A DNA stretch of 64,000 nt from Torpedo marmorata (lineage: Eukaryota), in contig OZ360235.1 in NCBI GenBank assembly GCA_977017645.1, positions 75,826,001-75,890,000 on the forward strand, given 5' to 3'. Positions 35,801-49,451 of this stretch are shown here, piece after piece; position 1 is the stretch's first letter; each line of letters starts with the position of its first letter. Position numbers and translations under genes: made by a program. The notes under the pieces are model-generated. The model was not told the origin of the DNA and made no database searches. It saw only the letters and a list, made by a program, of their open reading frames with translations.

Positions 35801-38081
35801 TCACAAATCTTTCAAATAGTCCAAAAACGGCAAAACATCGCGCACAGTCAAAGTCAGCTGGCCCACATTAGATATATCTGGAGTAGAATCCAATGAAACA
35901 GAATAATACTTGTATTTCTTCGCTTCACAGATAATGTGATCCAGTATGCTGGATCCAATCAGATTGACGAATTCCTCACATGTTGTTTTAGATCGGTATG
36001 ATTTATGTCCCCTTCCTTTGTTTGCATGAGTATTTATATGCTCTGCCAGAAAAGGCTCAAACTTGGCCAGTAATTCTAACAACCCCAAGTAACTTCCATT
36101 ATGAGGAGAGCCAACAGTTTCATCACGACCATGAAATGAAAGGCCTCGTTCTGCTAAAAACTTTACAACTTCAATTATTCGCTCTAGAAGTGTGTGCCAA
36201 TACTTTTGTTCATCTCCATTTCTTTCACAAGTTGGGAATCGACACGTAAACCTTTGTTTTTGTGCATCAACAGTGAAATTAAAGCTTGTCTATGTGAGGA
36301 ACTGTCTTCATGTCGACGTAATAGATTGCTTTCCTTTTTCCAGTCATTAAACCCCTCTTCAGCAAACTTTGATGAACATCCTTTTTTTAAATTTATTTCT
36401 TTATTTTATTTATTTTATTTTTTTAATAGATATATTTTTTAAATCCAAAACATTCCCTTCCCTCCCCACCCCCTTCTGGCGCCAAGTAAAGATGGCTCCA
36501 ACCCTTTCCATAATTGGGGGTGTACCCTAAGCACATGCCAGTCATAATGCAGGCTCTTTGCCAGACCAGCTGCGTTCTGTCAAGGTCATTTATTCTCAAC
36601 TGTCTCTTTTCCAGATATAAAATTCAATTAGACTAAACTACTTGACAATAACCATTTTAATATTTTTTAACAGTCTTAATTATATTTAAAAAAAACAGAA
36701 AGCACGTAACACACAAAAATACATTCCCAGCTAAATCTCAATTATAGCTCTATTTCATTATCCAACAATATACACAAAGTATTCTTGAAAAGCCAGTCTA
36801 CTGTCCTCAAATTTTTCCTGAATTCATCCATTTAATTTCAACAATTCCAACAGCTCCCATGGACTCTTGGAACGATTCCCGCTGGTCTCCCCGCAGCGGT
36901 TCTCTCAACGGCTCCCGCTGGCCTCTCCATAGCACTCCTGGAGAAAGACACGTACTTTCTCGGGAGTATTAAAATATCGCCGACCCTCCGCTGTATCCAC
37001 TCGTAGTGTAGCGGTGGTGAGAAGCACAAATCTCAGACCTTTTTCCTTTATCTCCCGTTTCACCTCATCAAATACTTTCCGTCTTCATCGGAGCTCTGAC
37101 GTCATATCAGGGAAGAAAGAAATATTTTTCCCGTCATATTGGATCTGAGGCTTATTATGTCGACGCCATTCAATCGCCAATTGCAATATTTTCTCACGGT
37201 CTTGATATCTCAAAAAGCGAACCAACATGGGTCTGGGTCTTTCATCCTCCGTGGAACGTGGGGCATAGATTCGGTGTGCCCTTTCAATTTGTAATGATTC
37301 AGGAAGGTTTTGCTCACCAAAGACTTCATGGATCAATTTTTCTAAAAATTTTATCCGATTTCCATTTTCACAACCTTCTTTAAGTCCAATAATCCGGATA
37401 TTTTCCCATCTAGTTTTCGAGCTTGTCAATTTTATTGTGTAAATATTCATTTTCTTTTTTAAATTTCTCCACAGCTGACTGTAGCTCTTCAACTTTCTCA
37501 ATTTTCCTCACTTTTAACCATTCTCTGTTCCACTTCAGTCACACAACTGGTCATATTCTTCATAAAATCTTTCACTTCTTCCATGTAATGGTGAGAATCT
37601 TCAACTTTTTTTAAAAATCATCCATTTTCTTTGATAATTGTTTAAGTTGTTTAAAAATTGCTGACAATGTCTCCTGAACATCCATGTCTTCTTCAGAGGA
37701 AGTTTCTTGGCATCCCTCAAAGCTTTTAACTGCTCGTGCTATAGCTTTTGATTTAGCCTTTTTTCCTTGTTTGCCTTTGGTTTGAACACTCATATTGTCT
37801 CAAGTAGAGTGTTTTTTGAAAATTTGATGACAGTTTAAAGGATCAAAAAACAGATCTTTTGACAGAGTCTTAAAAGTTGCGTCTAGCAAGTTATCTGCAT
37901 CAGGCTCCTCCCCCTTTGATGAACATCCTGAAGTCATAACCTTGCATGGGAAACAGAATAGGCTTCCTTTGCTTTCTGAATAGCATAAACAATTTCTTGC
38001 ATGTTGCTTGTTTGTAGGTTTATGAACATGTGTGAAATAAAACTTCTGACAGTGCTGAGGTTTCTTTTCATTGTCATACAA
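35801..38081 (-). pseudogene. hAT transposase remnants (TTF-type Zn finger plus DUF4371/ZMYM1-like region), interrupted by L1
   Basis: CYSESKGSLFCFPCK at ~37945-37990; GLLELLAKFEPFLAEH...YYSVSLDSTPDISNVGQL at 35801-36088. Confidence 0.8.
36383..37913 (-). mobile_element. ORF1-only L1-derived element (half-L1-like), 1.53 kb
   Basis: 16-bp TSD CTTTGATGAACATCCT at 36367-36382 and 37914-37929; 5' G-run; frameshifted ORF1 from 37793 (NIRIIGL, IERAHR, FFPDMT); A-rich tail; no ORF2. Confidence 0.85.
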
Positions 38082-38340
38082 TCACATGGATGAAGAGAAG
38101 TCACTATTATCATGTTGACATTCATCACTTCCCTTGGCTATCCAATATTCACGATTAAAGGTGATAACTGGCTAAAATCGCTAACAAACACCCAGTCGTT
38201 CATAAAAGTTGAAGGCAGTATAGTACTATAGTAATAGAGCAAGTGCAGAATCACTGAATTGGAATTGATAGCTCGCAAGCATGAAAATGCGGGGCTCATA
38301 GCATATGCTACTTTTGCTGCTATTAATCTGGCACGTTTCA

Positions 38341-39317
38341 TAGAAACATAGAAAATAGGTGCAGGAGTAGGCCATTCGGCCCTTCGAGCCTGCACCACCA
38401 TTCAGTATGATCATGGCTGATCATCCAACTCAATACCCTGTACCTGCTTTCTCACCATACCCCCTGATCCCCTTAGCCACAAGGACCACATCTAACTCCC
38501 TCTTAAATATAGCCAATGAACTGGCCTCTACTGTTTCCTGTGGCAGAGAATTCCACAGATTCACCACTCTCTGTGTGAAGACATTTTTCCTCATCTCAGT
38601 CCTAAAAGATTTCTCCCTTATCCTTAGACTGTGACCCCTGGTTCTAGACTTTCCCAACATCAGGAACAATCTTCCTGCATCTAGCCTATCCAATCCCTTA
38701 AGAATTTTATATGTTTCAATAAGATCCCCCCCTCAATCTTCAAAATTCCAGCGAGTATAAGCCTAGTTGGCCAAGTCTTTCTTCATATGAAAGTCCTGCC
38801 ATCCCAGGAATCAATCTGGTGAATCTTCTCTGCACACCCTCTATGGCAAGAATGTCTTTCCTCAGATTAGGAGACCAAAACTGTACACAATACTCCAGGT
38901 GTGGTCTCACCAAGGCCCTGTACAACTGCAGCAGAACCTCCCTGCTCCTGTACTCAAATCCCCTTGCTATAAATGCCAACATACCATTCGCCTTTTTCAC
39001 TGCCTGCTGTACCTGCATGCCCACTTTCAAAGACTGGTGTACAATGATACCCAGGTCTCATTGCACCTCTCCTTTTCCTAATCGGCCACCATTCAGATAA
39101 TAATCTGCTTTCCTGTTCTTGCCACCAAAGTGGATAACCTCACATTTATCCACATTATACTGCATCTGCCATGCATTTGCCCACTCACCCAACCTATCCA
39201 AGTCCCCATGCATCCTCTTAGCATCCTCCTCACAGCTAATACTGCCGCCCAGCTTCGTGTCAACTGCAAACTTGGAGATGTTGCATCCAATCCCCTCATC
39301 TAAATCATTAATATATA
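38341..39317 (-). mobile_element. CR1-clade (HER1-like) LINE, 3' fragment
   Basis: ISKFAVDTKLGG, LVRPHLEYCVQFWSP, FTQRVVNLWNSLP; TAGAAACA-type tail repeat; TTTCA duplicated at both ends. Confidence 0.92.
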
Positions 39318-39656
39318 TTTCAATTAATATCAATTTTATAATAAATCAATAATAGTTGAAGATTTTTAAAATGCATTTGTTTAAATGAAATGTTACTTTT
39401 AAAAATTATTTTGAACTGTTTTAGTTGTCTGACCTGCCACCTGAGCCCCACTTGCTGACCATTCCACCTCAGGGGGTAGCTGTAGTAGCGAAGCCTTCAG
39501 CTGAATTTACCCTAAGGGAGGTGAGAGCAAAGAGTTTTATCAGGTGCAGAGACCTCTTGGTGTGGAGTGGTGGTGAATGCACAGTGCAGGTGAATCAAGC
39601 ATTATCTGACCCCAAACTGTGTCAGCGTGTTCATTCACCCCATTTTACTTTCGCAG

Positions 39657-39751
39657 CCGTGTACGTTGACTTTCTGGAGAATTTAGCGGTTGGTGCGATT
39701 ATATATGAAGTTCACGCAACTGATCCTGACAAAAACGATGACATTCTCTCA
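39657..39751 (+). CDS. CDHR3: CDHR3-like internal exon (95 nt, phase 1 to 0)
   Basis: tttcgcag|CC...CTCA|gtaagt; AVYVDFLENLAVGAIIYEVHATDPDKNDDILS with xEN and ATDPD motifs. Confidence 0.85.
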
Positions 39752-40009
39752 GTAAGTCATTTCCAAAATAGGTAGATGAAAATTCCAAAAAGAGAATCTT
39801 GCTTTTTCCCCATCACCTCTCGCATTTTTCTTTATTGAAGCTGGTGGCCACAAATTGAGATGTAGATTTTCAGCACGTCGTCTTGTACTGTGAGCATAGG
39901 TGGAGTGGGAAAGGAAAGCCATGCTAACTGGACAACACAGGCCTTGCAGAATTTTCCAACAAGCACCTTTTCTCATGAATGAAGAGAAAAAGGAGCTCTG
40001 ATTCCTGCA

Positions 40010-43000
40010 AACACACTCCCCATCCCCACCCCCACCACCGCACTGCTCCCCCCACACCCCCAACCACACTCCCCATCCTCACCACCGCACTGCTCCCCCC
40101 ACACCCCCAACCACACTCCCCATCCCCACCACCGCACTGCCCCCCCACACCCCCAACCACACTCCCCATCCTCACCACCGCACTGCTCCCCCCACACCCC
40201 CAACCACACTCCCCATCCCCACCACCGCACTGCCCCCCCACACCCCCAACCACACTCCCCATCCTCACCACCGCACTGCTCCCCCCACACCCCCAACCAC
40301 ACTCCCCATCCCCACCACCGCACTGCTCTCCCCACACCCCCAACCACACTCCCCATCCTCACCACCGCACTGCTCCCCCCACACCCCCAACCACACTCCC
40401 CATCCTCACCACCGCACTGCTCTCCCCACGCCCCCAACCACACTCCCCATCCCCACCACCGCACTGCTCCCCCCACACCCCCCACACCCCCAACCACACT
40501 CCCCATCCCCACCACCGCACTGTTCCCCCCACACCCCCAACCACACTCCCCATCCCCACCACCGCACTGCTCCCCCCACACCCCCAACCACACTCCCCAT
40601 CCCCACCACCGCACTGCTCTCCCCACACCCCCAACCACACTCCCCATCCCCACCACCGCACTGCTCTCCCCACGCCCCCAACCACACTCCCCATCCCCAC
40701 CACCGCACTGCTCCCCCCACACCCCCAACCACACTCCCCATCCTCACCACCGCACTGCTCCCCCCACACCCCCAACCACACTCCCCATCCTCACCACCGC
40801 ACTGCTCTCCCCACACCCCCAACCACACTCCCCATCCTCACCACCGCACTGCTCTCCCCACACCCCCAACCACACTCCCCATCCTCACCACCGCACTGCT
40901 CTCCCCACACCCCCAACCACACTCCCCATCCTCACCACCGCACTGCTCCCCCCACACCCCCAACCACACTCCCCATCCTCACCACCGCACTGCTCTCCCC
41001 ACACCCCCAACCACACTCCCCATCCTCACCACCGCACTGCTCCCCCCACACCCCCAACCACACTCCCCATCCTCACCACCGCACTGCTCTCCCCACACCC
41101 CCAACCACACTCCCCATCCCCACCACCGCACTGCTCTCCCCACACCCCCAACCACACTCCCCATCCTCACCACCGCACTGCTCCCCCCACACCCCCAACC
41201 ACACTCCCCATCCTCACCACCGCACTGCTCTCCCCACGCCCCCAACCACACTCCCCATCCCCACCACCGCACTGCTCCCCCCACACCCCCCACACCCCCA
41301 ACCACACTCCCCATCCCCACCACCGCACTGTTCCCCTCACACCCCCAACCACACTCCCCATCCTCACCACCGCACTGCTCTCCCCACGCCCCCAACCACA
41401 CTCCCCATCCCCACCACCGCACTGCTCCCCCCACACCCCCCACACCCCCAACCACACTCCCCATCCCCACCACCGCACTGCTCTCCCCACACCCCCAACC
41501 ACACTCCCCATCCTCACCACCGCACTGCTCTCCCACACCCCCAACCACACTCCCCATCCTCACCACCGCACTGCTCCCCCCACACCCCCAACCACACTCC
41601 CCATCCCCACCACCGCACTGCTCTCCCCACACCCCCAACCACACTCCCCATCCCCACCACCGCACTGCTCTCCCCACACCCCCAACCACACTCCCCATCC
41701 CCACCACCGCACTGCTCTCCCCACACCCCCAACCACACTCCCCATCCCCACCACCGCACTGCTCCCCCAACCACACTCCGCATCCCCACTACCACACTGC
41801 TCCCCCCACACCCCCAACCACACTCCGCATCCCCACTACCACACTGCTCCCCCCAGACCCCCAACCACACTCCCCATCCTCACCACCGCACTGCTCCCCC
41901 AACCACACTCCCCATCCCCACCACCGCACTGCTCCCCCAACCACACTCCCCATCCTCACCACCGCACTGCTCCCCCAACCACACTCCGCATCCCCACTAC
42001 CACACTGCTCCCCCACACCCCCAACCACACTCCCCATCCCCACCCCCACCACCGCACTGCTCCCCCCACACCCCCAACCACACTCCCCATCCCCACCCCC
42101 ACCACCGCACTGCTCTCCCCACACCCCCAACCACACTCCCCATCCCCACCCCCACCACCGCACTGTTCCCCCCACACCCCCAACCACACTCCCCATCCCC
42201 ACTACCACACTGCTCCCCCCACACCCCCAACCACACTCCCCATCCTCACCACCACACTGCTCTCCCCACACCCCCAACCACACTCCCCATCCCCACCACC
42301 GCACTGCTCTCCCCACACCCCCAACCACACTCCCCATCCCCACCACCGCACTGCTCTCCCCACACCCCCAACCACACTCCCCATCCCCACCACCGCACTG
42401 CTCTCCACACACCCCCAACCACACTCCCCATCCCCACCACCGCACTGCTCCCCCCACACCCCCAACCACACTCCCCATCCCCACCACCGCACTGCTCTCC
42501 CCACACCCCCAACCACACTCCCCATCCTCACCACCGCACTGCTCCCCCCACACCCCCAACCACACTCCCCATCCCCACCACCGCACTGCTCTCCCCACAC
42601 CCCCAACCACACTCCCCATCCTCACCACCGCACTGCTCCCCCCACACCCCCAACCACACTCCCCATCCTCACCACCGCACTGCTCCCCCCACACCCCCAA
42701 CCACACTCCCCATCCTCACCACCACACTGCTCCCCCCACACCCCCAACCACACTCCCCATCCCCACCACCACACTGCTCCCCCCACACCCCCAACCACAC
42801 TCCCCATCCCCACCACCGCACTGCTCCCCCCACTACCGCACTGTTCCCCCCACACCCCCAACCACACTCCCCATCCCCACCACTGCACTGCTCCCCCCAC
42901 ACCCCCAACCACACTCCCCATCCCCACTACCGCACTGCTCCCCCCACACCCCCCACACCCCCAACCACACTCCCCATCCCCACCACCGCACTGTTCCCCC

Positions 43001-46000
43001 CACACCCCCAACCACACTCCCCATCCTCACCACCGCACTGTTCCCCCCACGCCCCCAACCACACTCCCCATCCTCACCACCGCACTGTTCCCCCTACACC
43101 CCCAACCACACTCCCCATCCCTACTACCGCACTGCTCCCCCCACGCCCCCAACCACACTCCCCATCCCCACCACCGCACTGTTCCCCCCACGCCCCCAAC
43201 CACACTCCCCATCCCCACCACCGCACTGTTCCCCCCACACCCCCAACCACACTCCCCATCCCCACCACCGCACTGTTCCCCCCACGCCCCCAACCACACT
43301 CCCCATCCCCACCACCGCACTGTTCCCCCCACACCCCCAACCACACTCCCCATCCCCACCACCACACTGTTCCCCCCACACCCCCAACCACACTACCCAT
43401 CCCCACCACTGCACTGCTCCCCCCACACCCCCAACCACACTCCCCATCCCCACCACCGCACTGCTCCCCCAACCACACTCCCCATCCCCACCACCGCACT
43501 GCTCCCCCAACCACACTCCGCATCCCCACTACCACACTGCTCCCCCACACCCCCAACCACACTCCCCATCCCCACCCCCACCACCGCACTGCTCCCCCCA
43601 CACCCCCAACCACACTCCCCATCCCCACCCCCACCACCGCACTGCTCTCCCCACACCCCCAACCACACTCCCCATCCCCACCCCCACCACCGCACTGCTC
43701 CCCCCACACCCCCAACCACACTCCCCATCCCCACTACCACACTGCTCCCCCCACACCCCCAACCACACTCCCCATCCTCACCACCACACTGCTCTCCCCA
43801 CACCCCCAACCACACTCCCCATCCCCACCACCGCACTGTTCCCCCCACACCCCCAACCACACTCCCCATCCCCACCACCGCACTGTTCCCCCCACACCCC
43901 CAACCACACTCCCCATCCCCACCACCGCACTGCTCTCCCCACACCCCCAACCACACTCCCCATCCCCACCACCGCACTGCTCTCCACACACCCCCAACCA
44001 CACTCCCCATCCCCACCACCGCACTGCTCCCCCCACACCCCCAACCACACTCCCCATCCTCACCACTGCACTGCTCCCCCCACACCCCCAACCACACTCC
44101 CCATCCCCACTACCGCACTGCTCCCCCCACACCCCCCACACCCCCAACCACACTCCCCATCCCCACCACCGCACTGTTCCCCCCACACCCCCAACCACAC
44201 TCCCCATCCCCACCACCGCACTGTTCCCCCCACACCCCCAACCACACTCCCCATCCCTACTACCGCACTGCTCCCCCCACGCCCCCAACCACACTCCCCA
44301 TCCCCACCACCGCACTGTTCCCCCCACGCCCCCAACCACACTCCCCATCCCCACCACCGCACTGTTCCCCCCACACCCCCAACCACACTCCCCATCCCCA
44401 CCACCGCACTGTTCCCCCCACGCCCCCAACCACACTCCCCATCCCCACCACCGCACTGTTCCCCCCACACCCCCAACCACACTCCCCATCCCCACCACCA
44501 CACTGCTCCCCCTACACCCCCAACCACACTCCCCATCCCCACCACCGCACTGTTCCCCCCACACCCCCAACCACACTCCCCATCCCCACCACCGCACTGT
44601 TCCCCCCACACCCCCAACCACACTCCCCATCCCCACCACCGCACTGCTCCCCCAACCACACTCCCCATCCTCACCACCGCACTGCTCCCCCAACCACACT
44701 CCGCATCCCCACTACCACACTGCTCCCCCACACCCCCAACCACACTCCCCATCCCCACCCCCACCACCGCACTGCTCCCCCCACACCCCCAACCACACTC
44801 CCCATCCCCACCCCCACCACCGCACTGCTCTCCCCACACCCCCAACCACACTCCCCATCCCCACCCCCACCACCGCACTGTTCCCCCCACACCCCCAACC
44901 ACACTCCCCATCCCCACTACCACACTGCTCCCCCCACACCCCCAACCACACTCCCCATCCTCACCACCACACTGCTCTCCCCACACCCCCAACCACACTC
45001 CCCATCCCCACCACCGCACTGCTCTCCCCACACCCCCAACCACACTCCCCATCCCCACCACCGCACTGCTCTCCACACACCCCCAACCACACTCCCCATC
45101 CCCACCACCGCACTGCTCCCCCCACACCCCCAACCACACTCCCCATCCTCACCACCACACTGCTCTCCCCACACCCCCAACCACACTCCCCATCCCCACC
45201 ACCGCACTGTTCCCCCCACACCCCCAACCACACTCCCCATCCTCACCACCGCACTGCTCCCCCCACACCCCCAACCACACTCCCCATCCTCACCACCGCA
45301 CTGCTCTCCCACACCCCCAACCACACTCCCCATCCCCACCACCGCACTGCTCCCCCCACACCCCCAACCACACTCCCCATCCCCACCACCACACTGCTCC
45401 CCCCACACCCCCAACCACACTCCCCATCCCCACCACCGCACTGCTCCCCCCACTACCGCACTGTTCCCCCCACACCCCCAACCACACTCCCCATCCCCAC
45501 CACTGCACTGCTCCCCCCACACCCCCAACCACACTCCCCATCCCCACTACCGCACTGCTCCCCCCACACCCCCAACCACACTCCCCATCCCCACCACCGC
45601 ACTGCTCCCCCCACACCCCCAACCACACTCCCCATCCCCACCACCGCACTGCTCCCCCCACACCCCCAACCACACTCCCCATCCCCACCACCGCACTGTT
45701 CCCCCCACACCCCCAACCACACTCCCCATCCCTACTACCGCACTGTTCCCCCCACACCCCCAACCACACTCCCCATCCCCACCACCGCACTGCTCCCCCC
45801 ACACCCCCAACCACACTCCCCATCCCCACCACCGCACTGTTCCCCCCACACCCCCAACCACACTCCCCATCCCCACCACCGCACTGTTCCCCCCACACCC
45901 CCAACCACACTCCCCATCCCTACTACCGCACTGCTCCCCCCACGCCCCCAACCACACTCCCCATCCCCACCACCGCACTGTTCCCCCCACGCCCCCAACC

Positions 46001-46615
46001 ACACTCCCCATCCCCACCACCGCACTGTTCCCCCCACACCCCCAACCACACTCCCCATCCCCACCACCGCACTGTTCCCCCCACGCCCCCAACCACACTC
46101 CCCATCCCCACCACCGCACTGTTCCCCCCACACCCCCAACCACACTCCCCATCCCCACCACCACACTGCTCCCCCTACACCCCCAACCACACTCCCCATC
46201 CCCACCACCGCACTGTTCCCCCCACACCCCCAACCACACTCCCCATCCCCACCACCGCACTGTTCCCCCCACACCCCCAACCACACTACCCATCCCCACC
46301 ACTGCACTGCTCCCCCCACACCCCCAACCACACTCCCCATCCCCACCACCGCACTGCTCTCCCCACACCCCCAACCACACTCCCCATCCCCACCACCGCA
46401 CTGTTCCCCCCACACCCCCCAACCACACTCCCCATCCTCACCACCGCACTGCTCCCCCTACACCCCCAACCACACTCCCCATCCCCACCACCGCACTGTT
46501 CCCCCCACACCCCCAACCACACTACCCATCCCCACCACTGCACTGCTCCCCCCACACCCCCAACCACACTCCCCATCCCCACCACCGCACTGCTCCCCCC
46601 ACACCCCCAACCACT
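40010..46615. repeat. C-rich minisatellite, 47-bp unit, roughly 140 copies
   Basis: Consensus CCACACTCCCCATCCCCACCACCGCACTGCTCCCCCCACACCCCCAA with length variants of about 36, 46, 53 and 56 bp. Confidence 0.97.
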
Positions 46616-46786
46616 GCAGGCTGCAATTCCAGGATTAAATATATGTATCATCGACAGTACAGTTAATATTACAACTTTCTCTGGACAGCCCCTCTCCTCA
46701 CCGTCCACCCTTATAATTTTGGGAAATATTTCAGAACATTACTAATTCAATCCATAAATTAATGAGTTTTTTTGGCTTTATTTCAG

Positions 46787-46884
46787 TATTCAGTCAACTC
46801 GTCACTGGTTATTATGAATAGCAATGGGAAAAATGGGGCAATTCTTGCAACAAAATCATTTGATTATGAGAAAGATTTGCACAG
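46787..46884 (+). CDS. CDHR3: CDHR3-like internal exon (98 nt, phase 0 to 2); absent from the ORF track
   Basis: tttcag|TAT...CACAG|gtaaca; YSVNSSLVIMNSNGKNGAILATKSFDYEKDLH with FDYE; its phases bridge both neighbours. Confidence 0.85.
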
Positions 46885-46989
46885 GTAACAAGTCTTTCTC
46901 TTTTCCTTTATCAGTTGATGTTTTGACTTCATTTTACACGGAAATTGCTTATAGCCTCCTGCAGGGCAGAGAAGTTGTCTGCCTCTTTC

Positions 46990-49212
46990 TTTTTTGAATA
47001 TTTTATTTGTATTTTTTAAAGCCAAACATAGTACAGGTATCAATAACAAAAGTAATACATCATCAAATATAATATTCATCTGTTGACTATTATACTAAAA
47101 AACAACAACAAAATTACAAACAAAGAAAAACCCACCCACCCAATTCCCCCTGAGGGAGGAATAGAATAAGAAAAGGTTGAAATAGAAAAGGAAAGAAGAC
47201 GTTGGAGACTCGTCGCCCACCCCACAGGCTTAAATTACTTGGCATACTCGGATTTTTGAAGATGAAATGGACACAGGTCCTGGAGGCGAGGGGGGGCCTG
47301 GTTATAGATTTACAGCCATGTGTTGTAAATATGGAGTCCAAATCTTTAAAAATATATCATATCTATTTCTTAGATTATAGGTAATCTTCTAAAGGGGAAC
47401 ACAACTGTACATTTCCTCATTCCATCTTGTCATACCTAGATGGGAATCAGACTTCCATGTGACCGCTATACATTTCCTGGCCACCGCCAATGCGATCTCC
47501 ACAAATTTTATTTGAAATTTTGACAGCCTCATCTTAGGTCTTACGCCGGAGATATTGCCCAATAGAAATAATTCTGGGCGTTGTGGGAACTCAATTTCTG
47601 TAATTTGTTCTAAGAGTTTCCCGAAATCCGTCCAGAAAGGTTTTACTTTGGGGCATGACCAGGTTAAATGCAAAAACGTTCCTATTTCTTTGTCGCATCT
47701 AAAACATTTATCTGATATTTCTGATTTAAATTTATTCAATTTTTGCGGGGTGAGATACAACTGGTGCAAAAAATTGAATTGTACCAGACTATATCTCACA
47801 TTTATTGCGTTTTTCATACTGTCCCGACATAAGTCGGACCAGTTTTGTTAATTAATTATTATATCCAAGTCTGACTCCCATCTCTGTCTAGATCTATGTA
47901 GCCCCTGTTTAGGGGTTCCTTTTTGTAGTAAAAGATAGGCTGCTGAAATAAACTTCTTTGTGATCCCCTTTCGAATCATTGATGGGCCCAATTTATCCCT
48001 TAAGTAAGATCTCAGCTGGAAATAGCAGAAGAGTGTATTATTCATAATACCATACTTATGTTTTATTTGTTCAAATGACATAAGTTGTCCCTGCTCGTAC
48101 CAATCCTCGACACATCTGATCCCTTTCCGGGACCAGGCGTCCAGGATCTTATTATCCATTGTAAAAGGTGTACACCTATTTTGAGCCAGGGGCGTTTTTG
48201 GAGATAACCTCCCCTTATTCCCAATTTGATAATTTATTTATTTTTTTATTTAAAGTGCTGGAACTATTTGGACTTGGACAGAATTTTATAAACTGGATTA
48301 AGGCTTTATATAATAAGCCCCAAGCTAGAGTTGTGACCAATGGACAAATTTCATCAGCATTCCCACTATCCAGATCTACCAGGCAAGGCTGTCACTGTCT
48401 CCAGCTCTTCTTATTTTGGTTATAGAACCGTTAGCAGAAGCTATTCGGCGAGATCCAGACACTAAGGGATTCAGGATTAACCAGGAAGAGCACAAAATTA
48501 ACTTATTTGCGGATGATGTACTGATATACCTGACAGAACCAAAAGTTTCTTTAGAAAAATTGCACTTAAAATTGGAAGATTATGGGAAAATTTCCGGTTA
48601 TATGATAAATTGGGACAAAAGTGAAATTCCTTGGCATACAAAGGAATACAAATTTTAAGTGGCCGGCAAATGGGATAAAATATTTAGGTATTAAAACAAA
48701 TAACAACTTACAAGATCTGTATAAGTTAAATTACCTCCCCTTGCTTAGAAAAGCTGAAGAGGATCTTAACAGGTGGACGGCACTGCCAATAACACTTATT
48801 GGTAGGGTCAACCGTATAAAAATGAAAATATTGCCACGGATCCAATATCTTTTCCAAACACTACCTATACCACTGCCTCGAGGGTTCTTTCAAGAATTAA
48901 ATAAATATATCAGGAAGTTCATTTGGAGAGGTAAGGTAGCCAGAGTCTCCACTGAAAAATTAACATGGAGATATGAACTGGGAGGTTTACAACTCCCAGA
49001 TTTCAAAAAATATTATTGGGCAGCCCAAATGCAATTTGTCACCTCTTTCTTTGAAGGGGGAGACAAGCCTTCCTGGGTAAAGATGGAACTGCATAAGGTG
49101 GGAGAAAGGATAGCAGAAGACTTTATATACAAATGGGATAAAAAAAATTAATATCCGGTGTGAAAGAAACCCCCCTGTTGAAACACATAATTGATACCTG
49201 GTATAAAATAAA
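46990..49212 (-). mobile_element. 5'-inverted (twin-primed) L1: sense part 46990-48238 on -, inverted part ~48245-49212 on +
   Basis: 15-bp TSD TTGTCTGCCTCTTTC at 46975-46989 and 49213-49227; the + part ends WYKIN and the - part starts INYQIG, adjacent positions in ORF2. Confidence 0.88.
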
Positions 49213-49451
49213 TTGTCTGCCTCTTTCCATCTCTGGCATCCATCTGAAACTAACTGTGCTCTTCACAACTTTTCTTATCATATCATTCCTATTTTCTTAT
49301 GACATAGAAGGAGGCCATTCAAACAATTGAGTCTACGCCGGATCTCAACCCAAGTGTCATATTGGACGAGGTAGTGAGCTTCAAATTATCAACATCATTG
49401 TAAAAGCCAATCTCCACCTCCTTTAGGATAGGATTGCACCAGAGGGATTTT

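Larger units (their letters stand above)
30922..38334 (-). mobile_element. Internally deleted hAT DNA transposon hosting two retroelements
   Basis: Imperfect TIRs CAGGGCCGGATTAA / TTAATCTGGCAC, shared subterminal TAGCATATG, 8-bp TSD GTTTCAAT (30914-30921; right copy split by a CR1). Confidence 0.8.

Noticed and set aside
35801-36088. Host ZMYM1-like gene
   Set aside because: Fragmentary, inside TIRs and an 8-bp TSD, and interrupted by L1, so it is a transposase remnant
40010-46615. CRISPR-like array or telomeric repeat
   Set aside because: No unique spacers, no cas genes, eukaryotic context, and the unit is not (CCCTAA)n
39979-46638. 2219-aa Pro/His/Thr-rich ORF (extensin- or mucin-like) and many Gly/Trp-rich antisense ORFs
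   Set aside because: By-product of a 47-bp repeat lacking + strand stop codons; the unit is not a multiple of 3, indels shift frames freely, and it lies inside an intron
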